A stretch of 64,000 nt of DNA from assembly GCA_025934775.1 (NCBI GenBank), contig JAICWO010000004.1, positions 114,724 to 178,723 on the forward strand, given 5' to 3'. The notes under the pieces were generated by a model. It was not told where the DNA came from. It saw nothing but the letters and a program-made list of their open reading frames with translations, and ran no database searches. Positions 24,660 through 33,400 of this stretch are shown piece by piece. Source of the DNA: Gemmatimonadaceae bacterium. GTDB taxonomy: Bacteria; Gemmatimonadota; Gemmatimonadetes; Gemmatimonadales; Gemmatimonadaceae. Made by a program: the position numbers and the translations under genes. How positions within the stretch are numbered: the first letter of the stretch is position 1; every line of letters starts with the position of its first letter.

Positions 24660-25432
24660 GGCAGGCGGCCAATCCGCACCACGCGCGCGCCGCTCGTATC
24701 ACTCGATGCCGGCGTTCGCCACGACACCGCGATCGCATCGCCCGCGAGCGCCACGGCGGGATCGACGCCCGAATCATCGTCGCGTGTCGCGGTCGTGTGC
24801 GCCTCGAAGATGTGCCCCTGCGTGTTCGAGAGCGCGAGCTCGATGCGCGGCCGCGTGCCGTTCGGCTCCTCATACGCCAACGCGACACGATCACCTTCGG
24901 CCGCGAGCGCGGTCGTGACGAGGTGATCCCCGTAGATCACGGCGACGGGTGAGTGCAACATGTTGCCCATGAAGTGCGCGAACCAAACCGCGGTGCCGTC
25001 CGAAGCGGACATGGAATACGCGACGTACACGTCGTCTCCCACCGCCGTGACCGACGGCGGCGGGCGATCGCATCCGCGCGTGCTGACGTCCGAAGTATCG
25101 ACCGGAGCGGATTTTCCCCAAGTCGCCCCTCCGTCGCGCGACGCGGCGGTGTAAATCACCGCGCTCGAGTCGCGCCGCATGCTCCACCACGCCACGAAGA
25201 GCTCGGAGATGCCGCGTGCCGAGCGGATCGACGAGGCGCAGAGCCCTGGCGCGTTCGGAACGGACGGCAGCGCGATCGAATCGGCGACGAATCGCGCATG
25301 CCCGGCACTGTCGACGACGAGCCGGCGTGCACCGGAGGCCTGCCCGATCGGTACGGGATCGGACCAGTCCACCGGCGGTTTGTCGCACGCGCCGAGCAGG
25401 ACGAGCCCGAGCACAAACGGAAGAGAACGCAT
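24656..25432 (-). CDS. BNR/Asp-box (sialidase-fold-like) lipoprotein
   Basis: Lipobox LLGAC and canonical Asp-box SRDGGATW, with beta-rich composition. Its stop overlaps the downstream start (ATGA). Confidence 0.65.
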   Translation of the reverse strand: MRSLPFVLGLVLLGACDKPPVDWSDPVPIGQASGARRLVVDSAGHARFVADSIALPSVPNAPGLCASSIRSARGISELFVAWWSMRRDSSAVIYTAASRDGGATWGKSAPVDTSDVSTRGCDRPPPSVTAVGDDVYVAYSMSASDGTAVWFAHFMGNMLHSPVAVIYGDHLVTTALAAEGDRVALAYEEPNGTRPRIELALSNTQGHIFEAHTTATRDDDSGVDPAVALAGDAIAVSWRTPASSDTSGARVVRIGRLP

Positions 25433-25542
25433 CGTCGGAGATTAGCCGAACCGGCGGCGCGCTCAAAGCACGCGTGTTCCGGTGCGCGCGGGGGAGTCCT
25501 TAACTTCCGTTGAGCATTGCACCACGTCACTCGAGGAACCCC

Positions 25543-27297
25543 ATGGCTGCCCCTGTCACCACCGCCACCACCGCCAAATCGAGCGCGCGTACCGTCCCCG
25601 CACCGGAGCGCGGCGCCGCAACTTCTGAACAGGCCGAGCGCACCATCGCTCCGCGCTCGGCGCCGCTCGCCGGCTTCAGCGGAACGCGCCGCGTCCCGCC
25701 ACCCGTCAACGAGCCGGTCAAGAGCTACGCGCCGGGATCGCCGGAGCGCGAGGCGCTCAAGGCACGCCTGAAGGAGATGTCGAACGAGCGCGCCGACATT
25801 CCGATCATCATCGGCGGCAAGGACATTCGGACCGGCGCGATCGCGCACGCCGTGATGCCGCACGATCACAAGCACGTGCTCGCCGACTGGCACAAGGCGA
25901 GCACCGCGCACGTGCTCCAGGCGGTGGATGCGGCGCGCGCGGCGCGCGCCGAGTGGAGCAACTGGGCATGGGAGGATCGCGCGGCGGTGTTCCTCAAGGC
26001 CGCGGAGCTGCTCGCGACGACGTGGCGCGCCACGCTCAACGCCGCCACGATGCTCGGCCAGTCGAAGACCGTGTTTCAGGCGGAGATCGACGCCGCGTGC
26101 GAGCTGATCGACTTCTGGCGGTTCAACCCGGCGTACGCGCAACAGCTCTACGACGAGCAGCCGCTTTCGAACAACACGATGTGGAACCAGCTCGACTATC
26201 GAGCGCTCGAGGGGTTCGTCTACGCGGTGACGCCGTTCAACTTCACGTCGATCGGCGGCAATCTGCCGACCGCGCCCGCGCTGATGGGCAACGCGGTGAT
26301 CTGGAAACCGGCGTCGACGGCGATGCTGTCCGCATACTACATCGTGCGGCTGCTCGAGGCGGCGGGCCTTCCTCCCGGCGTGATCAACCTCGTGCCGGGC
26401 GATCCGTCTGAGATCTCGAACGTGCTCTTGTCGCACCGCGAGCTCGCGGGCGTGCACTTCACCGGAAGCACGGGCGTCTTCAACAGCATGTGGAAGACGA
26501 TCGGCGCGAATATGTCGCAGTATGCTACTTATCCGCGCATCGTGGGCGAGACCGGCGGCAAGGACTTCATTCTCGCGCACCCGTCGGCCGATCGCCAAGC
26601 GCTCGCGGTCGCGATCGCGCGCGGCGGCTTCGAGTACCAGGGGCAGAAGTGCTCGGCGGCGAGCCGCGTGTACATCCCGCGCTCCATCTGGCCCGACGTC
26701 CGCGACCGCATCGTCGGCATGATGGACGACATGCGCATGGGCGATCCGACGGACTTCCGCAACTTCCTGAGCGCGGTGATCGACGAGAAAGCGTTCAAGA
26801 AGATCAGCGGCTACGTCGAGGACGCGCGGAAGAACGCGACGGTCGTTTCCGGCGGCGTCGCGAAGGGCGACGAGGGCTACTACATCCGCCCGACGCTCGT
26901 CGAGTCGCGCGAGCCCGGCTACCGGCTCCTGTGCGAGGAGATCTTCGGACCCGTCGTGACCGCATATGTCTACGACGACTCGAAGTGGAACGAGACGCTC
27001 GAGATCATCGATACCACGTCGCCGTACGCACTCACGGGCGCGGTCTTCGCGAATGACCGCGCGGCGGTGCGCGAGGCGGCAATGGCGCTGCGCAACGCGG
27101 CCGGCAACTTCTACGTGAATGACAAGCCGACGGGCGCCGTGGTGGGGCAGCAGCCGTTCGGCGGCGCGCGCGGCTCGGGGACGAACGACAAGGCGGGCTC
27201 GAAGCTCAATCTCGTGCGCTGGACCAGCGCGCGCGCCGTGAAGGAGACGTTCTCGCCGCCGCTGGACTACACGTATCCGTTCATGGCGGAGGAGTAA
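25543..27297 (+). CDS. pruA: L-glutamate gamma-semialdehyde (1-pyrroline-5-carboxylate) dehydrogenase
   Basis: ATG at 25543 after GAGGAA. ALDH blocks include FNFTSIGGNL, ETGGKDF, EYQGQKCSAASR (catalytic Cys), EEIFGPV, and C-terminal GARGSGTNDKAGS typical of PruA. Confidence 0.9.
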   Translation: MAAPVTTATTAKSSARTVPAPERGAATSEQAERTIAPRSAPLAGFSGTRRVPPPVNEPVKSYAPGSPEREALKARLKEMSNERADIPIIIGGKDIRTGAIAHAVMPHDHKHVLADWHKASTAHVLQAVDAARAARAEWSNWAWEDRAAVFLKAAELLATTWRATLNAATMLGQSKTVFQAEIDAACELIDFWRFNPAYAQQLYDEQPLSNNTMWNQLDYRALEGFVYAVTPFNFTSIGGNLPTAPALMGNAVIWKPASTAMLSAYYIVRLLEAAGLPPGVINLVPGDPSEISNVLLSHRELAGVHFTGSTGVFNSMWKTIGANMSQYATYPRIVGETGGKDFILAHPSADRQALAVAIARGGFEYQGQKCSAASRVYIPRSIWPDVRDRIVGMMDDMRMGDPTDFRNFLSAVIDEKAFKKISGYVEDARKNATVVSGGVAKGDEGYYIRPTLVESREPGYRLLCEEIFGPVVTAYVYDDSKWNETLEIIDTTSPYALTGAVFANDRAAVREAAMALRNAAGNFYVNDKPTGAVVGQQPFGGARGSGTNDKAGSKLNLVRWTSARAVKETFSPPLDYTYPFMAEE

Positions 27298-27315
27298 GGC
27301 TCCGCCGCGCGCTCG

Positions 27316-27729
27316 TCACACGCCCGCGACACGAAAGCCGCTCGCGCGTGCGGCGAGCGCGAGACCGCGGTCGTGTGTGGCGATGAGCAGATCGCCGTTC
27401 GCCTCGCGCCACAAATCCGCGCTCGCGAGGTGAATGGCGTCGACGGTGCCGAGCGGCACCGGCATCGGCTGGGAAGCGCGATGCAGCACCGCGGGGCTCA
27501 CGTCGACGATCCGCAGGCTTTCGAGAACTCGAAATACCGCCTCGCGCCGGATGACGCCGTCATCCGGCGCCAGATCGCCGCTGATCTGCAGCCGGTCGAG
27601 GGTGCGCAGGCACTCCACCTCGAGCAATCCGCTGGACACGCCGAACGTGATGCGGCGCCACTCGGCGAGCTGATTGGGCTGGCCGAGCACGAGCCGCAGC
27701 GCGACCGACGAATCGATGTACGCCTTCAT
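27316..27729 (-). CDS. vapC: PIN-domain toxin (VapC-like)
   Basis: 137 aa. Acidic PIN residues are in the expected places (YIDSS.., ..LEVE.., ..TVDAIHLA.., ..ATHD). Confidence 0.8.
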   Translation of the reverse strand: MKAYIDSSVALRLVLGQPNQLAEWRRITFGVSSGLLEVECLRTLDRLQISGDLAPDDGVIRREAVFRVLESLRIVDVSPAVLHRASQPMPVPLGTVDAIHLASADLWREANGDLLIATHDRGLALAARASGFRVAGV

Positions 27730-27995
27730 CGCGTGCGCCGGTCCTCGAGCAGGAGCTCGACCGCATCCACGCGCAGCTTGGCCGGCGGCGGGAGCGGAAT
27801 GTCGCCGAGCGAACCGTACGCGTGCGTGGGCTCGCGAACGACGAGCCGGTCGGACGTCGCGGCATACGGCACGACGCGCGCGATCGGCGTGTCGCGATCC
27901 GCGATCGTGACTTCCTGGCCCTTCTTCACGGCGCGCAGGTACTCGCTCATCCGCGCCTTGAACTCGGCAACTCCAATCGGACGTTTCTTCGACAT
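27726..27995 (-). CDS. Phd/YefM-type antitoxin
   Basis: MSKKRPIGVAEFKARMSEYLRAVKKGQEVTIADRDTPIARVVP. 4-nt overlap with the PIN gene. Upstream in-frame ATGs at 28017/28023 are possible starts. Confidence 0.75.
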   Translation of the reverse strand: MSKKRPIGVAEFKARMSEYLRAVKKGQEVTIADRDTPIARVVPYAATSDRLVVREPTHAYGSLGDIPLPPPAKLRVDAVELLLEDRRTR

Positions 27996-28088
27996 GGTCA
28001 CATGATAGTCATCCATGGTCATTTCGGCAACTCGGGCGTGGCGCCGTCGATAACGTAGAGCCTCGGAGCGCGGTATCTTCGGCGCACC

Positions 28089-29093
28089 ATGCTCATTCTC
28101 TCTCAATCGGACGTCGAGCGCCTGCTGCCGATGAACGTGTGCATCGTGCTCATGGAGCGCGCGCTCACATCGCTGGCGCAGGGCGAGACGATCCTTCCGC
28201 TGCGCACGGTCGTGCGGCTTTCGGACGGCCACAACGCGTTCGCTGTGATGCCGGCCGTCATCACTTCGCCGATGACCATCGGAGCGAAGGTGATCACGGT
28301 CTTTCCCGGCAATCGCGGGACGGCGCTCGATTCGCACCAGGGCGCCGTGCTGCTGTTCGACCCCGCGAACGGCCAGCTCGCCGCGGTGATCAACGCCACC
28401 GCGATCACGACGACGCGCACCGCCGCCGTGTCGGCGCTCGCCACGCGGGTGCTCGCGCGCGCCGACGCGACGCGGCTCGTGATCATCGGCGCGGGCGTGC
28501 AGGCGCACGCACATCTCGACGCGATCCGCCAGGTGAGGACGATCACGTCGCTGCGCGTGGTGAGCAGGAACGCGGAGAACGCGGCCAAGCTCGCCGAACG
28601 GGCGCGGGCGCACTATGGGATCGCCGACGCCGCGGCCAGCACGACGGCGGCGGACGCGGTGCGCGAGGCCGACATCGTGTGCACCACCACTTCCTCGACG
28701 ACGCCCGTGTTGCACGGCGACTGGCTCGCGCCCGGGACGCACGTCAATGCGATCGGTGCGTGTACCCCGAACGCGCGCGAGCTCGATTCCGCGGCGGTAG
28801 TGCGATCGCGGTTGTACGTCGATCGCCGCGAATCGGCGCTCGCGGAGCCGGGCGACATCGTGACGCCGCTGCACGACGGCGAGATCGGACCAGAACACGT
28901 CGTCGCGGAGTTGGGCGAGCTGTTGATCGGACGCGGCGAGGGCCGGCGCAACGCGCAGGACATCACACTTTTCAAATCGCTTGGACTCGCGATCGAAGAT
29001 CTCGCCGCCGCATGGTTCGTGATGACGGAAGGCGCGGCCATTCACGCGGGCACATCGATCGATTTTGGCGGCGTGCGGCATGTCACTGCTTGA
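28089..29093 (+). CDS. ornithine cyclodeaminase / mu-crystallin family NAD(P)-dependent enzyme
   Basis: Family-typical blocks: GAKVITVFPGN, AITTTRTAAVSALATR, and Rossmann motif LVIIGAGVQA. Confidence 0.85.
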   Translation: MLILSQSDVERLLPMNVCIVLMERALTSLAQGETILPLRTVVRLSDGHNAFAVMPAVITSPMTIGAKVITVFPGNRGTALDSHQGAVLLFDPANGQLAAVINATAITTTRTAAVSALATRVLARADATRLVIIGAGVQAHAHLDAIRQVRTITSLRVVSRNAENAAKLAERARAHYGIADAAASTTAADAVREADIVCTTTSSTTPVLHGDWLAPGTHVNAIGACTPNARELDSAAVVRSRLYVDRRESALAEPGDIVTPLHDGEIGPEHVVAELGELLIGRGEGRRNAQDITLFKSLGLAIEDLAAAWFVMTEGAAIHAGTSIDFGGVRHVTA

Positions 29094-30039
29094 GCCGCTG
29101 ACGATCGACGACGTGCGCGCGGCGCGCGAGCGCATCGCGGAGACGATCACGCGGACGCCGCTCCTCCGGCTGCACGTGGACGCCCCGATGGAGATCTATC
29201 TCAAGCTCGAGAATCTCCAGCCGATCGGCTCGTTCAAGCTGCGCGGCGCCACGAACGCGATGCGCACGCTCTCCGCCCCGTCGCTGGCACGCGGCGTCTA
29301 CACGGCGAGCGCCGGCAACATGGCGCAGGGCGTCGCGTGGGGTGCGCGCGCGCTCGGCGTGCCCTGCACCGTCGTGATGCCCGACTCGGCGCCACGCACC
29401 AAGGTCGAGGCCACCGAGCGGCTCGGCGCGCGAGTCGTGTCGCTCAGCTACGAGGATTGGTGGCAGACGCTCGCGGACCACGGGCGCCCGGGAATCGACG
29501 GCACGTTCATCCATCCGGTCGCCGACCGCGCGGTGATCGCCGGCAACGGCACGATCGGTTTAGAGATCGTTGAAGACCTGCCGGACGTGGACGCGGTGCT
29601 CGTGCCGGTGGGAGGCGGCGGGTTGATCTGCGGCATCGCCACGGCGGTGCGCGCGCTCACGCCTCGCGCCCGCATCATCGGCTGCGAGGTGTCGACGTCG
29701 ACGCCGCTCACGGCCGCGTTCGACGCCAACGCGCCGGTCTCGGTGGAGCGCACGCCGAGCTTCGTCGACGGGATCGGCGGGCGCGGCGTGCTTCCGGCCA
29801 TGTGGCCGCTCCTACGCGCGCTCGTTCACGACACGCGGGTCGCGCCGCTCGCCGACGTGATCGCGGCGGTACGGCTCCTTGCCGAGCGCGCGCGCGTGGT
29901 CGCCGAGGGCGCGGGTGCGACGCCGGTTGCGGCGGCGCTCGGCGCGGCGCCGGCGTGGCGCAGAGTGATCTGCGTCGTTTCGGGCGGCAACATCGACTCG
30001 AGCGTGCTCGCGCGCATTCTCAATGGAGAGACGGTGTAA
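29080..30039 (+). CDS. fold-type II PLP enzyme (threonine/serine dehydratase or racemase-like)
   Basis: ATG at 29080. PLP-Lys motif GSFKLRGA, then ASAGNMAQGVA and a GGGGL loop. Overlaps the upstream OCD-family gene by 14 nt. Confidence 0.85.
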   Translation: MSLLEPLTIDDVRAARERIAETITRTPLLRLHVDAPMEIYLKLENLQPIGSFKLRGATNAMRTLSAPSLARGVYTASAGNMAQGVAWGARALGVPCTVVMPDSAPRTKVEATERLGARVVSLSYEDWWQTLADHGRPGIDGTFIHPVADRAVIAGNGTIGLEIVEDLPDVDAVLVPVGGGGLICGIATAVRALTPRARIIGCEVSTSTPLTAAFDANAPVSVERTPSFVDGIGGRGVLPAMWPLLRALVHDTRVAPLADVIAAVRLLAERARVVAEGAGATPVAAALGAAPAWRRVICVVSGGNIDSSVLARILNGETV

Positions 30040-30174
30040 TTCGTCGTGCATGGATCGCGACATATGTTCAGCCCGGGACTGGCACCCAACCTGCCTCTAG
30101 GGGCTGTGCGCGGCGACGCGCGATCGCCCGGCAACACCTGGGGGCATTCGGCGATCCGATGTGGCGGGGCTTTG

Positions 30175-30441
30175 ATGCGAACAGTGACGGACGAGCACGG
30201 AACCGAATGGACGGTCTTCGAAGTGAGGCGGCAGGGCTCGAGCTCGCGGTGGTCCTATTTGCCGGCGGGGTTCGAGTCCGGCTGGCTCTGCTTCGAGTCG
30301 AGGCTGGGAAAGAAGCGCCTCACGCCCGTGCCCGGCGGCTGGCGGCGCGCGCCGGATGACGATGTCATCCAGATGCTCAGGCGCGCCACGCCGGTAAATC
30401 GCACGGCGTTGGGCGGCGAGGATCGCGCCAACGCCGACTGA
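30175..30441 (+). CDS. small hypothetical protein
   Basis: In-frame ATG at 30175 (MRTVTDEHGTEWTVFEV...). Globular-looking, 88 aa. No family recognised. Confidence 0.4.
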   Translation: MRTVTDEHGTEWTVFEVRRQGSSSRWSYLPAGFESGWLCFESRLGKKRLTPVPGGWRRAPDDDVIQMLRRATPVNRTALGGEDRANAD

Positions 30442-30450
30442 GCCGCGCCG

Positions 30451-33400
30451 CTACGGCTTAGGCGCCGGCTTCCCCTTTCCGATCGAGCGGTAGTACTCCT
30501 CCACGTTCTGGCGGTACTCCGGCGGCACGTCGCCCGAGCGCTCGAGGAGCAGCTTGGTGTTGTCGTCCTCGCCCAAGCGCTTGCGCAATCCAAATTCGAA
30601 TTCTTTTAATCCGTCGACCACTTGAGCCCGCAGCTGCGTGCTCGAGTTTTCGAGCGCCGCGGGATCGGTGAGCTGGCGAAGCCCCGCAATGGCGCGATCG
30701 AGCTCGGCAGTCGGAAGGCCCTGACGCTGGAGATCGCGCCGAAGCGCCTCGGCGTCGGAAAGGCGCTGCTGTGCTTCGCGACTGAACTGCGCGGCATCAC
30801 CGGGCGTGAGCCGCGCACCGTTGGGCGTGCTCCGGCCGCCCGGAGCTCCGCTGGCATTCGGCGCGCCGCCGTTTCCGAGCTGGCCGCCCTGGCGCTGGCC
30901 TTCGCCGCGGCCTGCGCCGTTGCCTTGCTGCTGACCGCCTTGCGCTTGGCCTTGTTGGCCTTGTTGGCCTTGTTGGCCTTGTTGCGGTTGCTGCGTCCGT
31001 ACTCCTTGCTGCCCGGAGCGGCCTTGCTGATTCTGTGATGCACGCTGGCCGCGTTGGCCATCGCGCGAGCCGGCCGTATCGTTGCGCTCGCCGGATTGCG
31101 CATCACGTAACCCACGGCTCGTGCCCTGTCGGCTCGCGCTGTCAGCGCGCTGCTCGGCTTCGCGCAGACGCTCGTTCATCGACTCGACGCCCTGAACGAG
31201 GTCGCGCGCGCGATCGGCGGCCTGCGCGCTCTGCTGGCGACCGTTGGCGCTTTGTGCGGCGCCTTGGGCTTGCTGAAGCTGTTGGCCGAGGTTGGCGATG
31301 TCCGAGCTGATGCTCTGCTCCGCCTGATTCATCCACTCGGGCGGCGCCGTGCGAGTCTGCTGCTGCGTGTAGCGCAGCTTCTCCTCGAGCTTGCGGCCGC
31401 GCAGCGAGTCCGCGGCGCTCGCGAGCGCGCGGGCAACGTCGCGCTGATCGCGCTGGCCGGTGGCAGCCATGCGGTCGAGCGCCGACTTCAAACTCTTCAC
31501 CTCGTCGGCCATCGCGCCCTTCTGCTGCGCGATCGACTCCTGGACCTGCTGCTGTTGTTGCGCGGCGCTCCCGCCGCCCTGCGCAAGCTTGGAGACGTCG
31601 GACTGCACCTGCTTCTCCTGATCGGCAAGCTGCTGCGCGGTGCGCATCGCGTCGTTCAGATCGCGCTCGCCGCGTCCCGACTTCTGTTGATCGAGCAGCC
31701 GCCGCGCTTGCTCGAGATTATCGAGCGCCTGCGCTGACTCGGCACCGCGCTGGCCGTTCGCCGCCGCGCGCCGCATTGCGCTGGCTGCGTCCTGGAGCCG
31801 CCGCGCCGCATCCGCCATGGCTTGCGACTGCTGCTCGCGCGCGAGGCGCTCGAGCTGGCGCGCCTGCTCCTCCGTCTGTTGCGCGAGATCGCGCTGGCTC
31901 TGTCCACCCGACGCACCGCCGCCGCCGCGCTGGCCGAGGCTGTCGGCCTTGCGCTGCAACCGCTCGTTCTCCTGCTGCTGGCGTGCGGCGAGCTGCCGGA
32001 GCTTCTCGAGGGTTTCATCAACCTGGTTGTCCGATTGCTGCTGTTGCTGCTGCTGCTGTGCGTGCTGCACGGTTTCATACTGATTGCGCAGCTTGTCGCG
32101 CTGGAGCTCGAAGATGTCGGCGAGGTCCTGCGCGTTCGTGCGATTGCCGCCTCCGCCACCGCCGCCGCCCTGATTGCCCATGGAAACCTGAATGTCGCGG
32201 AACACGGCGTCGGCGCGCTGAAGCTGCTGGAGCGCGCGCTGCTCGGGTTGCATCGCGGCCTTCGGCGCCTTGGACGACAGCTCCTGGACCGCCGAATCCA
32301 TTTCGCTGCCAGCCTTGTCGAGAATGTCGGAGATCTTCTTCCAATTGCTGTCAGAGCCGGCGATGCCGCGTTGATTGAGCCGCGCCACGAGCTGCCCGAC
32401 CTGATTCTTCAGACGCTGCTGTGAGAGCTGAATCGTAGACACGTTCTCGCCGAGGGCTTTGGCGTCCGTCTGTGCGCTGTCGCGCACGGTCTTGAACGTG
32501 GCGGCGATGATCTCGCGCTGCTGCTGCGAGAGTTGGCCGGCATCGTTTTGCTGTCCGCCACCGCCGCCACCGCCTCCGCCGCCCTGTTGCTGGCGGTAAT
32601 CCTGCTCGTAAGGGCGGACGTTGAGGAAATAGATATCCGTCGTTGCCGTTTGCGCGCCGCTCACGGCGTCGTTGTCCGTCGCACGCGCGTAATACGACAC
32701 GACGTCGCCGGGCTGGAGCTTCATGTCTTCCAGCATCAGCGTGTGGCCGGCGGAGAGATCGCGAAGCGCGCGCGCGCCGTCGTGGAGCGAGACGATGTGC
32801 TCGGGGCCGCCGTTCACGGAATACACGAGATCGAGCTTCGCGACGCCGTAGTCATCCTGCGCTCGCGCTTCGGTGTACACCTCGTCCACCGAGAGTACGC
32901 GCTCGTCGCGGCCAGGCTTGGTGAACTGCACCGTCGGGGGCCGGTCGGGGATGACGTCGATCAAATAGCTCAGCGAGCCGGCGACCATCGTTCCATCGGC
33001 CGCGCGCAGCTCGACTTTATAGAATCCTGGTTTCTCGACGCGAAGCATCGCCATGAGACGGCCGTCGGGCAGCGGGACGAGCTTGAGCGTGTCGCCGCCG
33101 TCTACCACGATGCGCCCGGCGGCGGCAGGCACCGTCGACGTGAGGCGGATGCGCACCATCGTGCCCGCGAGCGCGGCGATGTCGCCCGTGCTATCCACAT
33201 CGGTCGGCGGCAGCTCGGTGTACGCGGGCGGCCGGTATTGCAGATCGATCCGCTTCACGTACGGCAGATTGGCGACGTCGATCGTGAACGCGTCCGAGCG
33301 CACACCCGATGCTTCGACCGCGTACTGCGTCTTCCCGCCGATGTCGAACAGCCGGTAGGCGTATCGTCCGGTGCTGTCGGCGAGCATCGGGACACGCGTC

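Noticed and set aside
29559-29567. The AT-rich 9-mer TTTAGAGAT occurs three times (29559-29567 +, 62119-62127 +, 4297-4305 as reverse complement), plus TTTAGAGA at 33818-33825.
   Set aside because: By rough estimate, any one such 9-mer is expected about 0.05 times. Across all AT-rich 9-mers, and given that AT bases cluster in patches, a triple hit is not clearly significant. The copies lie in different genes and reading frames with no flanking similarity.
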